64,000 nt of DNA from Nannocystales bacterium (GTDB lineage: Bacteria; Myxococcota_A; Polyangia; Nannocystales; Nannocystaceae), in assembly GCA_050633305.1 (NCBI GenBank), contig JBOEGF010000001.1:160001-224000 (forward strand), read 5' to 3'. The notes beneath the pieces are model-generated. The model saw nothing but the letters and a program-made list of their open reading frames with translations, was not told the origin of the DNA and did no database searches. Both the position numbers and the translations under genes were made by a program. This document shows positions 37,221 to 47,093 of this stretch, in pieces. Every line of letters starts with the position of its first letter. The first letter of the stretch is position 1.

Positions 37221-38444
37221 TCAGCTACGCCAGGGATTGAGGAGGAACGCTCGGGTGGTTGTTCCCGCGGGTAGGGAGGGCGTGCCGCCGGGGACCTCGA
37301 GCAGCGCATCCGCCCCGCCCATCGAACGCACATCGCCGGAGGTCTGACTGCCGAGGGCGGTCGCGGTGCCGTCGTCGTGAAGCTCGGCGCGCACCAGGTG
37401 AGCGCGTCGTCCGGCTCCGGGCGCTGCGTTTCGCAGCTCGACCGCGGTCGTGGGGGGGAGGACATCTCCGCGGACGCCGAGATGTCGGCGGATGGCGGGA
37501 GCGACGAACAGGCAAAACGTCACCCACGAGCTTGCTGGGTTGCCAGGGAGGCCGAACACATGGGTGCCTCGGCCGGAACCGAACGCGAGGGGCTTTCCGG
37601 GACGAAGGAGAATCCCATGGACGGCCCATTCGACGCCGAGTTGTTCGAACGTGCGCGCGACCAGGTCGTGGTCTCCGACCGAGATCCCGCCGCTGGTCAC
37701 AACGAAGTCGTGCGTCATCGCGGCGGTCAGGGCGGTCTGGAGTCCGTCGGGGTCGTCGGGGGCGATGCCGCAGTCGACCGGAATCCCTCCGGCTTGCACG
37801 ACCGCGGCGGCCAACAGCAGGTCGTTGCTGCTGACAACCTTGCCCGCTGGCGGGACGACGCCACGCGGGACCAGCTCGTCGCCCGTCGAGACAATGGCGA
37901 CTCGTGGGCGGGCGTGGACCTGCAGAGTCGTGTTGCCGGTGGATGCTGCGACGGAGAGGTCGGCGGCGCCGAGCCTGCGCCCCGCCTCGAGGACGACGTC
38001 ACGTGCCTGGAGCTCACTGCCCTTGTGCCGAACCCAGCGGCCCGGCCGAACCTCTCCAAAGGCCGAAAGATCGACGGCAACCTCCCCTTCGGATGCCTCG
38101 ACGTCCTCTTGGGGAATGACGAGGTCGGCTCCGAAGGGAAGGACCGCGCCCGTCGAAATCCGCGCGGTCTGGCCGGCGTTCAGCTCGGCCGACAAGGGGT
38201 GTCCCGCAGCGCTCTCCCCAACCCGTTGCAGGATGGGTCGTGTCCCAGTGAGGTCCGCGGAGCGGGCGGCGTAGCCATCCATCACGCTCACGTCGGCCGA
38301 CGGAAAATCCCAGTGGGCATGGACGTCTTGTGCGAGCACGCTGCCCATGGTCGAGACCTCGACGGGCACCGTGACGACCGCGGCGGGCTCCACCGACTTC
38401 AGGACGCACTGCAGGGCGTCGCGCCAGGGGATGAGTGGCTTCAT
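37221..38444 (-). CDS. moeA: molybdopterin molybdotransferase
   Basis: SVMDGYA, ISTGAVLP, STGDELV, TSGGISVGDHD, PGKP, GLPGNPAS. Confidence 0.92.
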   Translation of the reverse strand: MKPLIPWRDALQCVLKSVEPAAVVTVPVEVSTMGSVLAQDVHAHWDFPSADVSVMDGYAARSADLTGTRPILQRVGESAAGHPLSAELNAGQTARISTGAVLPFGADLVIPQEDVEASEGEVAVDLSAFGEVRPGRWVRHKGSELQARDVVLEAGRRLGAADLSVAASTGNTTLQVHARPRVAIVSTGDELVPRGVVPPAGKVVSSNDLLLAAAVVQAGGIPVDCGIAPDDPDGLQTALTAAMTHDFVVTSGGISVGDHDLVARTFEQLGVEWAVHGILLRPGKPLAFGSGRGTHVFGLPGNPASSWVTFCLFVAPAIRRHLGVRGDVLPPTTAVELRNAAPGAGRRAHLVRAELHDDGTATALGSQTSGDVRSMGGADALLEVPGGTPSLPAGTTTRAFLLNPWRS

Positions 38445-40573
38445 GGCAGCTGGGGGTCGCGCGCACCGGGGGTGCGAGCGGTGGCGGCGGTGGAGGGGAC
38501 TCGGGTGGGCGCGGCGGGCTTGGTGGTGGTGAGCTTCCGTGCGGGCGGTGCCTTGGCCGGCGCCTTGGTGGACGCCTGGGGCGAGGGCTTCGGCGCGGCC
38601 TTGTCCGGGACCCTCGAGGTGCCTGCGGTGGAGGGGGCCCGTTGTGCCGGCGGTGGTGGCTTCGCGTCGGTGAATCCCCGCGGAGACGGCGCTTTGACCG
38701 TGCCGCCGACTTTGCCCTTGTCGACGTAGACGACCAATGTGTTGCCCGGCTTCGGGTCGTGCCCACGAGAGAAATGATTGATGCGAGCGAGGTCTCCCAC
38801 GCTCAGCTCGAACCGGCGACCGATCTTCGCCAGCGTATCGCCCGATTTTGTCTTGTACCCGCGACGTCTCTTTCCTCGGCGCAGCAGTGCTGCCTCCAGA
38901 TGCGCCCGGGAGCCCCGGACGACGTATTCGACCTCGTGCATCTCGTGGGCGATGACCGCCTCCGACGCGGGGTCGAAGCTGCTGGGCACCACGATCTGGA
39001 GCACTTGTGCTGCCTGGACGCGGGCATGGGGGTCGAGGTCGTTCCACCGAACGACATCCGGCCACGGCACATCAAAGCTGCGCTCCAGCTCGCGTGGGGT
39101 CGAGGCGCGTGTTGTCTGGAAGAACACGAGGCGGTGGCCGGGAGGCACTGCAATGTCGGGGACCGCAGCGAGCGGGCGTGGCGGGGGCTCGCTCCGCGTG
39201 TCCGCCTCGGCATGCTTCGCTCCGGGCCGCGGGACGATGAGCGTGATGCCGCCACGTACCTCCGCGCTGTCGCGGATGCCGTTGAGCTTTCGAAGCTCGC
39301 GCGTGCTCGTCTTGTAACGGCGTGCGATGGAGGCGAGTGACTCCCCCGTCTTCACCGCATGCGTCGACTCCTGGCTCCACGCCGTCTCGAGCTTGGACTG
39401 CGCGGATGCGAAGGCCTGCGCCTTGTCGCGTGGGATCCGGACCGAGTAGGGAACGTCGGAGGGGGGCGTTCGCTCGCGGATGAGGTGGGCGTTGAGCTCG
39501 AACAGAAAGTCCGCGTCCACATCCAGCACCTCGGCCAGCGTCGAGAGGCGGGTCGAGCGTTGCACCCGGACCTCGACCCAGTCCGCCGCAGGCAGCACCT
39601 TGATCTGCGAGGGGTGAACGCCGAACGCTTTGGGGTTGGCTCGCACGAGGGCGGCTGCGACGATCTTGGGCACGTAGTTCGTCGTCGCGTACGGGAGGCC
39701 GCTCTCGATCTCGCACAGACTCCAATAGTTGTTGGTGTTGTGCCGCTCGATCGTGGTCATCACCAGCCCGTAGCCGGCGTTGTAGGCGGCCAAGGCGAGT
39801 TCCCATGACCCGAAGCGAACCCTCAAGTCCTTGAGGTACAGCGCAGCGGCGAGGGTGCTCTTTTCAACATCAAAGCGTGCGTCGACCCAGAAGCTCTGTC
39901 CCAGCCCATAGACCTGGCCGGTGCCGGCCATGAACTGCCAGGCTCCTGCGGCACCGACCCGAGAGCGCACGGTGGGGTTGAACCCACTCTCCGCCATCGC
40001 GACCATGACCAGTGAGGTCGGCACCTCTGCGCGCTCGAGGGTCGAGGCCATCGCCTCGGAGTACCGACCTGCCCGACGCATCCAACCGCGGATCATCGCC
40101 TTGCCCTTGGGGTCGTCGCGGAAGTAGCGGAGATACTCGACCGTCTTCTTGTTCCACCGCACCGGAAGGTCGGGGAGCTTCAGTTCCGCCATCCAGGGGT
40201 CGGGCGGGGCATCGATGATCGTCTTGGTGCGCTGCCCCTGGGGAAAGGTCGCGCGCTCGAAGCCGGCAAGCGCGTCCGTGTCTTCACGACCGGGGTCTCG
40301 TGCGCCGGGGGCCCATGCGACGTGGACCGATGCGCCGTCAGGGCGTCCGCCTCGGACCCGGCGCCGACGAGTTTCTGAGACCGAAAGCGAGCCGATCTGC
40401 ACCTGCGCCTGGTCGCCCTTCGCGGCGAATGCGGACGAACTGGGGGCCAGCAGGGTACTGACCCCCACCCAAACGGCGGTCCAGCCCCCCCAAAGGGGGG
40501 CCAGGCGACGTCCTACACGGAGTCGAACCGGGCTCGCACCCGGCGCGTTCGGGACTGAGCGCCGCTTCGGCAT
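38441..40573 (-). CDS. mltD: MltD-like lytic transglycosylase with LysM domains
   Basis: AMAESGFNP...GAAGAWQFM, LAAYNAG, TTNYVPK; LysM motifs VKTGESLASIARRY and KSGDTLAKIGRRF. Confidence 0.85.
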   Translation of the reverse strand: MPKRRSVPNAPGASPVRLRVGRRLAPLWGGWTAVWVGVSTLLAPSSSAFAAKGDQAQVQIGSLSVSETRRRRVRGGRPDGASVHVAWAPGARDPGREDTDALAGFERATFPQGQRTKTIIDAPPDPWMAELKLPDLPVRWNKKTVEYLRYFRDDPKGKAMIRGWMRRAGRYSEAMASTLERAEVPTSLVMVAMAESGFNPTVRSRVGAAGAWQFMAGTGQVYGLGQSFWVDARFDVEKSTLAAALYLKDLRVRFGSWELALAAYNAGYGLVMTTIERHNTNNYWSLCEIESGLPYATTNYVPKIVAAALVRANPKAFGVHPSQIKVLPAADWVEVRVQRSTRLSTLAEVLDVDADFLFELNAHLIRERTPPSDVPYSVRIPRDKAQAFASAQSKLETAWSQESTHAVKTGESLASIARRYKTSTRELRKLNGIRDSAEVRGGITLIVPRPGAKHAEADTRSEPPPRPLAAVPDIAVPPGHRLVFFQTTRASTPRELERSFDVPWPDVVRWNDLDPHARVQAAQVLQIVVPSSFDPASEAVIAHEMHEVEYVVRGSRAHLEAALLRRGKRRRGYKTKSGDTLAKIGRRFELSVGDLARINHFSRGHDPKPGNTLVVYVDKGKVGGTVKAPSPRGFTDAKPPPPAQRAPSTAGTSRVPDKAAPKPSPQASTKAPAKAPPARKLTTTKPAAPTRVPSTAATARTPGARDPQLP

Positions 40574-40618
40574 GGAAGCACGCTAGCAAAGCCGTCCAAA
40601 GACGACTACCTTCTCTCC

Positions 40619-40894
40619 ATGACGTTCGCTCTGGTCGGACTTGGCATCGGTCCCCTCGAGATCGGGGTGATCCTTATCGTCGTGCTGTTGGTCTTCGGCC
40701 CGTCGAAGCTCCCGCAGCTCGGCGAGGGTGTCGGCAAAATGCTCCGCGGCTTCAAAAAAGAGATGAAGTCGATGGAAGAGGAGAGCGGCGACAAGGTGGC
40801 CGACAAGGACGACCCCGCAGGTGAGATCGACGTCACGCCCAAAGGCGAGAGCAGCGACAGCGACAGCGGCGACAAAGACAAAAAGTCCGCCTGA
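40619..40894 (+). CDS. tatA: twin-arginine translocase TatA/TatE subunit
   Basis: IGPLEI...LLVFGPSKLPQLGEGVGKMLRGFKK. Confidence 0.92.
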   Translation: MTFALVGLGIGPLEIGVILIVVLLVFGPSKLPQLGEGVGKMLRGFKKEMKSMEEESGDKVADKDDPAGEIDVTPKGESSDSDSGDKDKKSA

Positions 40895-40937
40895 GACTGC
40901 TCGTCGAGCCCGGGCCCCGGAGCCCGTGAAACACCCA

Positions 40938-41684
40938 TCAGCTCGTAGGCGCCAAGCGTCTACGGGCTGCTGTCTGTAGGGAAGGGTGGATCGCCGGATC
41001 GTTGGCGAGTTCGCGTTGTTCGGCTCGATTGAGCAAGCCGACCAAACGCAGCGCCGTCGCCAGCGGGAGTCGAGGATTTCGCAGCAACGCTCGGCGAACA
41101 CGGGGCCGGGTGCCGAACCGCCGCGCGTCCAACACCAGCTGGAGGACCACCGCCGAACTCCGACGCGAGGTCGCGATCCGCAGAATGTCCTCCTCTGTCA
41201 TGTGGGGGTTGCCCAGAAGAAGGGCGACCACATCCTCGTGCGGGTCGATCACCAGGCGTTCGAGTGTGCTCCGGTCATTCGAACGGGCGAGCGACTTTCG
41301 CTCTCCGAGTGTCAGGGGGCGGGTCCCCGGGACCAACGGGCGCGGCGCGGCCGCGGCGGCGGTCTCCGAGGTCGCTTGCTCGGTGAACAACAGCTCCTTG
41401 CACCCGTCGAGTTGCTGAGCCTCGGCAATGACGTAGATCTCGCGCCGTGTCTCGTAGTCGAGGAGCGCACTCGAGGTCAGGTCGACAGCCGCGAGCAGGC
41501 TGACATCGAACGGCGGTCCTCCGGCGCGGCCCGCAGTGGCCAGCATGTCGAGCAGCCATGCGGCGGCGTCCGGTGACAGTCCGCGAACGATCTCGCCGAG
41601 CTTCGCCGCACGCATACGACGATCCGGAAGCGCCGCCAGCCGGCGGGCGACCGCGCGAGGATCGTCCGAAGCTGACCGCGTCAC
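40938..41684 (-). CDS. conserved helical-repeat (LRV/HEAT-like) hypothetical protein
   Basis: LTLGERKSLAR, LLGNPHMTE, VRRALLRNPRLP. Confidence 0.6.
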   Translation of the reverse strand: MTRSASDDPRAVARRLAALPDRRMRAAKLGEIVRGLSPDAAAWLLDMLATAGRAGGPPFDVSLLAAVDLTSSALLDYETRREIYVIAEAQQLDGCKELLFTEQATSETAAAAAPRPLVPGTRPLTLGERKSLARSNDRSTLERLVIDPHEDVVALLLGNPHMTEEDILRIATSRRSSAVVLQLVLDARRFGTRPRVRRALLRNPRLPLATALRLVGLLNRAEQRELANDPAIHPSLQTAARRRLAPTS

Positions 41685-41729
41685 CCCGGCAGTGTTTCAT
41701 CGAAGTTGGCCCGCGGCCAACAAGCGGCG

Positions 41730-42746
41730 CTACATGTTCTGCTCGTAGAGCTTCTGCAGCAGAGGTCGTGGGTCCGGCGTGCCCTCGAGGGCGACGCTGG
41801 CGGCGACCAGACCGAGCGCGACGACCGTGGTCAGCACAACGACAAACACCAGGAACGGGTTGGTCCGCGGGAGCTCGACGTCGTCCGGCAGCTCCGATGG
41901 GAGATCGGCTGAAGCCGCTCGTGGCGCGGATTTGGGCGCCTCCGGTGTGATCCGCTGCCGCTGAGATTCGGCCGGCGGAGCCGCGGCTGGCTCCGGCGCT
42001 GGTTCGGGCGCTGGCGCTGGTTCGGGCTCTGGCGCAGCCACGGGCGCGGGGGCCTCGAGGGGCTCAGGGTCCGATACGGGGGCCGGTTCGGGCTCGGGCG
42101 CGAGCAGCTGGGTCGGTGCTTCCTCGACCGCAGCCTCTCGCTTGAGCGCACGCAGATCATGAACGCGGGTCGGCCCGTCGTCGTCATCGTCGTAGTCCGG
42201 GGCGGGAGCGTCCAACGACAAGCCGGGGCTTGGGCGTGCTGGTTCGGGACTGGCGGCCGGAGGATCGGCGGGCGGCTCGGCGAAGTTGGGCGCCGCGATG
42301 CCGATCATCGTCGAGCGGACATCCTGCTGCGCGGCAGCTGGAGCCTGGAACTGGGGTCCGGGCTGGGGTTCAGGCTGGGGTTCGGGCTGAGGTTCCGGTG
42401 CGGCTGGCGCGGGGGCTTCCGCTGCGATGGGCTCGGGTTCGGGTGCGGCGGGGACTGGTTCGGGCTCCGGCGCGACCGGTTCGGGCGCGGGAGCGACAGG
42501 AAGCTCGGGTGCGGGCGTAACGGGTTGCGCTGCCGGTGGGGCGGCAACCGCAGCGTGGTAGTCGGCCGCCGAACGGAAGCCGCTGGCCATCTTCATACCG
42601 TCCTCAACGAGCGAGGCGTCGTTGGCAGCGGCGAAGTCGAGGATCATCCGAAACGCGCAATGCGGACACTCAACCTGCACGAGCGCGGCGATGCTCTCGT
42701 CGCGGAGCTCGAAGGGCGATTCACAGTCGGGGCAGGCGATGATCAT
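41730..42746 (-). CDS. zinc-ribbon protein with Pro/Ala/Glu linker and C-terminal TM helix
   Basis: MIIACPDC...VECPHC; (PE)n linker; terminal hydrophobic helix. Confidence 0.75.
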   Translation of the reverse strand: MIIACPDCESPFELRDESIAALVQVECPHCAFRMILDFAAANDASLVEDGMKMASGFRSAADYHAAVAAPPAAQPVTPAPELPVAPAPEPVAPEPEPVPAAPEPEPIAAEAPAPAAPEPQPEPQPEPQPGPQFQAPAAAQQDVRSTMIGIAAPNFAEPPADPPAASPEPARPSPGLSLDAPAPDYDDDDDGPTRVHDLRALKREAAVEEAPTQLLAPEPEPAPVSDPEPLEAPAPVAAPEPEPAPAPEPAPEPAAAPPAESQRQRITPEAPKSAPRAASADLPSELPDDVELPRTNPFLVFVVVLTTVVALGLVAASVALEGTPDPRPLLQKLYEQNM

Positions 42747-43672
42747 CAGAAGTCGAGTCCGACGGAGAATGTGTACTGCTGCTGGAGGCCCGACTCGTCG
42801 CTGACAGTCTCACCGTCGACATCGCCGGTACTGGAGCCGCCGGGAACGATCATCGCTTCGAAGCCGAGGCGGATCACGCTGAAGACCATCCGCATCCCGA
42901 CGTGCGGCCGATGCCGCAGGATGGCGCCAGAACCCTTGTAGACGAACTCGGAGGTGCCGGTCGTCGCGGTGCATTGGTCCTGGTTGAAGTTGTCGGGGAA
43001 CTCGTCGCACGCGGGGGTGCTGTCGAGGACCTGCGAGCGGGAGATGACGAACAGCGCCTCGTACCCGACGTATGGGGTCAAGCTGAACGACTTCCCGACG
43101 CCGAAGACGTGCGAGACGGTCGCGCCGACCGAAGCTGTGGTGAGGTTGAAGTCCTTGGCACCGAGCAAGCGGGAGAAGCTTCCGCGTACCGCGATCGACG
43201 GGATCGGCAGGTGGTGAAAGCCTTCGTGCAAGGCGAACTTCCCGTAGCCGCCCATCGCCCACATGCTCGAGTCGAACACGTGCGTCGCGCCCCCACCGAT
43301 CTCGAGTCCCGGCCACAGACCTTTACGACCCATGAGTTGGATCGTGGGCAAGGCCCCGTCGGCTGCGCCCCCAGTGGGCGCGGACCAGTACCTCTCGGAG
43401 CTACTGATGGTGTTGACGGTGACGTCTGCTGAAACCGCGAACCCGGAGAGGCCCAGCGAATCCGCGGGGTCCATGGGCTGCAGAGCAACGACGGTGCCGA
43501 GCTCGGAGGACAGGCTCCGAAACTCGTTGTCATCTTTTGTGATGTTCCCCTGAGCGTCGCTACCCAAGCGGGTCAGGTCGAGGTCGTACTTGCCCGCGAG
43601 CGCGTCCTGGGGAAGCGAAACGATGGCGAGCACGGCCGCCGTGAGAACGATGCGGGTGCGAACGGAGAGCAT
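42746..43672 (-). CDS. putative outer-membrane beta-barrel protein
   Basis: Signal peptide, amphipathic strands, C-terminal YTFSVGLDF. Stop overlaps the next ATG. Confidence 0.65.
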   Translation of the reverse strand: MLSVRTRIVLTAAVLAIVSLPQDALAGKYDLDLTRLGSDAQGNITKDDNEFRSLSSELGTVVALQPMDPADSLGLSGFAVSADVTVNTISSSERYWSAPTGGAADGALPTIQLMGRKGLWPGLEIGGGATHVFDSSMWAMGGYGKFALHEGFHHLPIPSIAVRGSFSRLLGAKDFNLTTASVGATVSHVFGVGKSFSLTPYVGYEALFVISRSQVLDSTPACDEFPDNFNQDQCTATTGTSEFVYKGSGAILRHRPHVGMRMVFSVIRLGFEAMIVPGGSSTGDVDGETVSDESGLQQQYTFSVGLDF

Positions 43673-43770
43673 GCGCGTCAGGGGCTCCAAAACCGACGAT
43701 CGGCCGGCGGAGCGTAGCTTGCGCCCCGAATTCTTGTCAAGGATCCCAGTCTTGCAAGCGTCCGTGATCG

Positions 43771-44445
43771 CTAGTGATCCACTGAGGAGGAATCCGAGGC
43801 CTCATGGGGCTCGACACGCCACTGTAACCGGGCCCCTCGTCGAGCCCACGAAGCCCCCAACATGCCGCGACCATGCTCTGGCTTGGGGATCTGCGGCTTC
43901 ACCACCAAAGCAACCGTAGCGGCCTGTTGCGCTGCGTCGTGCAGGGTGCCCTCGAAGAAGACGGCCATCGCGACCCTATGATGATAATCGCCAGAGTCTG
44001 TCGGAAATCGATCGACGAGCAGGAGATCCACGTCCGAGGGTGCGAGGACGTCGGAGGAGTCCGCATGCTGTCCTTTGTTCAGCGCCAGCGAGAAGGACCA
44101 GCCTTGTGGATCGAGCAGAGGGGTGGGGTCGAACACCGGCTGTCGGTCCTCGAGTTCGATCACGATCGTGAAAGCGGTCCTGTCGAGGTAGCGCTCGGCC
44201 CAAGCTCGACGCGCACCCGGGTCCCGTGACTCCGCAAGCGCGGAGGCCACCAAACTCGCATCCCACAGCGTGGCCGCGATGGTCACTCCTTCGGCGGGGA
44301 CGCTCGTCCGCACCCACTGGGTTTCGACCCGCGTGACGTGCGTTGGAGTGGCTTGGCTCGGGTCGGGTCGGTGGACGATGGCGGGACCGCACGCACTCGT
44401 GAGGGCGGTCGCGGCGAGTCCGAGTGCGAGTCGGGTCAGCGCCAC
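43771..44445 (-). CDS. hypothetical lipoprotein
   Basis: Lipobox LTSAC. Confidence 0.6.
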   Translation of the reverse strand: MALTRLALGLAATALTSACGPAIVHRPDPSQATPTHVTRVETQWVRTSVPAEGVTIAATLWDASLVASALAESRDPGARRAWAERYLDRTAFTIVIELEDRQPVFDPTPLLDPQGWSFSLALNKGQHADSSDVLAPSDVDLLLVDRFPTDSGDYHHRVAMAVFFEGTLHDAAQQAATVALVVKPQIPKPEHGRGMLGASWARRGARLQWRVEPHEASDSSSVDH

Positions 44446-45107
44446 CGAGCCGCTCCCGCGAACATCAGCCCCAGCGCCGTCCCACGCATCCAGGCGACCC
44501 GGGCGGGGAGCACGACGGTGCGGCCATCCGCGGAGTCCATCAGAAGCTCGACCCGCTCTCCGGCCGGGCGCGCTCCGGCGCCGGCCAGCTTCACGCCGCC
44601 CGCGGACATGTTGTCGACGCCGACCTCGATGACCTTCACGCTCCGGCCCTCCGCCATGCGCAGGGCTGCCGGGACCCGGAGATCGAAGCGATGGAAGGCT
44701 CGGCCCCTCCCTTTATCCTTCCCGGTCACCGCGCCCATCAGGTTTTGGAGGGTCTCGTACCGGCGCGTCATCGACTTGGGGAGCACCCCGCCGCCCAGCA
44801 CGCGGGCGCGGATCCGCCTGTATTCGAGGATGTCGGCGAGGAGATCGCCCGGGTAGGGCTCCCCGCTGGGCATGACGGGTCCCGCGGAGTCGCCAATGCC
44901 CAGGGTGCCAAACCCCGCACAGTTCGCTGGACTCGGCGCCGCGGAGACCGTCTGAGCGGGGGGATCGCACTGCTGGCTTCCGGTGCCCCGGGTCTCCTGT
45001 GGCGGGGACCACGGCGCCTGTGGACCCGGTCCGTTGGCGGCCTCGCCCGATTCCATCTCGAGCTCGGGAAGAGAAAGGGATGCGGTGAGGTCGAAGGCGG
45101 TGCTCAT
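44436..45107 (-). CDS. PilZ domain protein
   Basis: RAFHR (RxxxR) and NMSAGG (D/NxSxxG); GGAG RBS before ATG 45107. Confidence 0.75.
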   Translation of the reverse strand: MSTAFDLTASLSLPELEMESGEAANGPGPQAPWSPPQETRGTGSQQCDPPAQTVSAAPSPANCAGFGTLGIGDSAGPVMPSGEPYPGDLLADILEYRRIRARVLGGGVLPKSMTRRYETLQNLMGAVTGKDKGRGRAFHRFDLRVPAALRMAEGRSVKVIEVGVDNMSAGGVKLAGAGARPAGERVELLMDSADGRTVVLPARVAWMRGTALGLMFAGAARWR

Positions 45108-45226
45108 GGGGACTCCATCGGGATCCCTCGCGTTGCCCACCTGGTGGGACACTGTTAACGTCGGCGCGATCGGCCGCCGCAACGCGCAAGGGGCTCCCCC
45201 TCCTGCATCGGCCATCTGCATCCCAA

Positions 45227-47089
45227 GTGAAGCCTCCGCACTCTCGCTCGCCCGGACCACCTTGGGACGGCACATCCGACTCCTCTCGATGGGCCCGTGC
45301 CCGCGAGCAGCCACTGCTGTGGTTGTTGTTCGTCCTCAGCGCCGGCTCGCTTCTGATGTTCGTGCCGCTGGATCTTCCGCCGATGCTCGCCTGGGCCGGA
45401 CGCGTGGGACTCGCCGCGTTGGTCCTCATGGTGACGTGGTGGGCCTACACCGGCTTCTCGGGCTACGAGCAGTTCATCGGCTGGCGCATCGTTCGTCGGA
45501 CCGGGCGTCCACCGAGCCGTAGCCTGAAGATCTCGCTGGGGTTGCTGGCGCTGTTCTCCGCCTTGTCGCAGGCGCCGATCGAGTTCCTCACGCAGACGCG
45601 GGCACCCTTGGTCGTCGCGATCGCGGCGTGTGCTCTGATCTCCATCGTCCTGCTGATGCTTCGCATCTTCGCCGTATCGGCTGCGTTGAGCATTGTCGGC
45701 ATCGCGATCGGCGTTGCTGCGCTCATCGTCGTGCAATCGGTCGCGACCGGCTTCCAGCATGAGTTTGAACGTCGGGTGCTGGGGGTCTACGCGCACATCA
45801 ACGTCACACGTCCATACGGCATCTCCGAGTACCGCCGGTTCGAGTCATACCTGCGGACGGTCGACGGCGTTCAGGGGGCCAGCCCGTTCGTGTACTACGC
45901 CATGGCGTTGGCGCCGGTCGCTGAACCGGGCTCGAGCAACTCCGATCTCCGTCGCGCAACGGCCTTGGTCAAAGGCATCGAGCCGACCACCGCAGGCGAG
46001 GTGATCGATCTCGAGGATCACCTTGCGGCGGCCGACATGGGCCCGCCACCCCCGATCACGGCGCTCAAGTCGGACCTCGCGCTGCAGCCGATGCCCGACC
46101 GGGACAACGACCGACTCCCTCCGATCATCGCGGACACGCCCGACCCGCGCGGTGAGGCCTGGTATCCGAAGGCCATGGCGGACTGGCGCGCGCTGCCGCC
46201 GGAACAGAAGTTCGGCCGCCGCCGTGCGGCGATCGACGAAGAAGATTGGCCCGACGAGTTCGAAGTCGACGAGAACGCGCAGGACGACACGGATTCTCTG
46301 CCGACCATGTTCGTGGGGTACGCGCTGGCCCGAGAACTCGAACTCGAGACCGGCGATGCCGTGATGCTCGTCGATCCCGGCGCCAGTTTCGACCACACGC
46401 AGGCGCCGGAGTTCCGGAAGTACAAGATCGCGGGGATCTTCCGAGCCGGGTTCCAGGAATACGACGACCACCTCGTCTACATCCACATCAACGAGCTTCA
46501 GTACTTCAAGTATCGCGGGAAGGACATGGTCTCGGGCATCGACCTGAGGCTGCACGACCCGTACGACGCTCCCGAGGTCGAGGCTGTGCTTCGGCAGACG
46601 ATCGGCGATGACGAGTACACGATCCTCGAGTGGCAGAAGCTCAACGCGAACCTCTTCCAATCGATCCGCACCCAAAAGACCATCCTCACCATCATCCTCA
46701 GCCTCGTGGGGACGGTCGCAGGCTTCAACGTGCTGACCGCGTTGTGGACGATGGTGATGCGGCGCAACGCCGAGATCGCCATCATCATGTCCATGGGCGC
46801 GTCTGAGGGCGGTGTCGCGCGGTTCTTCCAGTTCTCGGGCCTGGTCCTGGGCGCGGTCGGCAGCATTGCAGGCGTCGCGTATGGGTTGGTGCTGTGCTGG
46901 TTGGTGGAACTGTATGGCTACTCCCTCGATCCCGAGGTCTACTTCATCGAAGAGCTTCCGGTGGAGTACAGCCTCGTACAAATCGGCGTCGTGATTGCGC
47001 TGACCATGAGCATCTCCTTTGTGGCCACCATTCCCCCTTCACTGCGTGCGGCCAAGCTGCGCCCGGTCGAAGGACTGCGGTACGAGTAG
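45227..47089 (+). CDS. LolC/LolE-like (FtsX/MacB family) ABC permease with extra N-terminal TM helices
   Basis: GIAIGVAALIVVQSVATGF, EIAIIMSMGAS, VYFIEELP, PSLRAAKLRPVEGLRYE. Confidence 0.85.
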   Translation: MKPPHSRSPGPPWDGTSDSSRWARAREQPLLWLLFVLSAGSLLMFVPLDLPPMLAWAGRVGLAALVLMVTWWAYTGFSGYEQFIGWRIVRRTGRPPSRSLKISLGLLALFSALSQAPIEFLTQTRAPLVVAIAACALISIVLLMLRIFAVSAALSIVGIAIGVAALIVVQSVATGFQHEFERRVLGVYAHINVTRPYGISEYRRFESYLRTVDGVQGASPFVYYAMALAPVAEPGSSNSDLRRATALVKGIEPTTAGEVIDLEDHLAAADMGPPPPITALKSDLALQPMPDRDNDRLPPIIADTPDPRGEAWYPKAMADWRALPPEQKFGRRRAAIDEEDWPDEFEVDENAQDDTDSLPTMFVGYALARELELETGDAVMLVDPGASFDHTQAPEFRKYKIAGIFRAGFQEYDDHLVYIHINELQYFKYRGKDMVSGIDLRLHDPYDAPEVEAVLRQTIGDDEYTILEWQKLNANLFQSIRTQKTILTIILSLVGTVAGFNVLTALWTMVMRRNAEIAIIMSMGASEGGVARFFQFSGLVLGAVGSIAGVAYGLVLCWLVELYGYSLDPEVYFIEELPVEYSLVQIGVVIALTMSISFVATIPPSLRAAKLRPVEGLRYE

Positions 47090-47093
47090 GTCG

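Noticed and set aside
41940..42500. Short tandem DNA repeats (also near 17941-17965)
   Set aside because: They encode Pro-Glu/Pro-Gln linkers within CDSs; there are no unique spacers, so this is not CRISPR.
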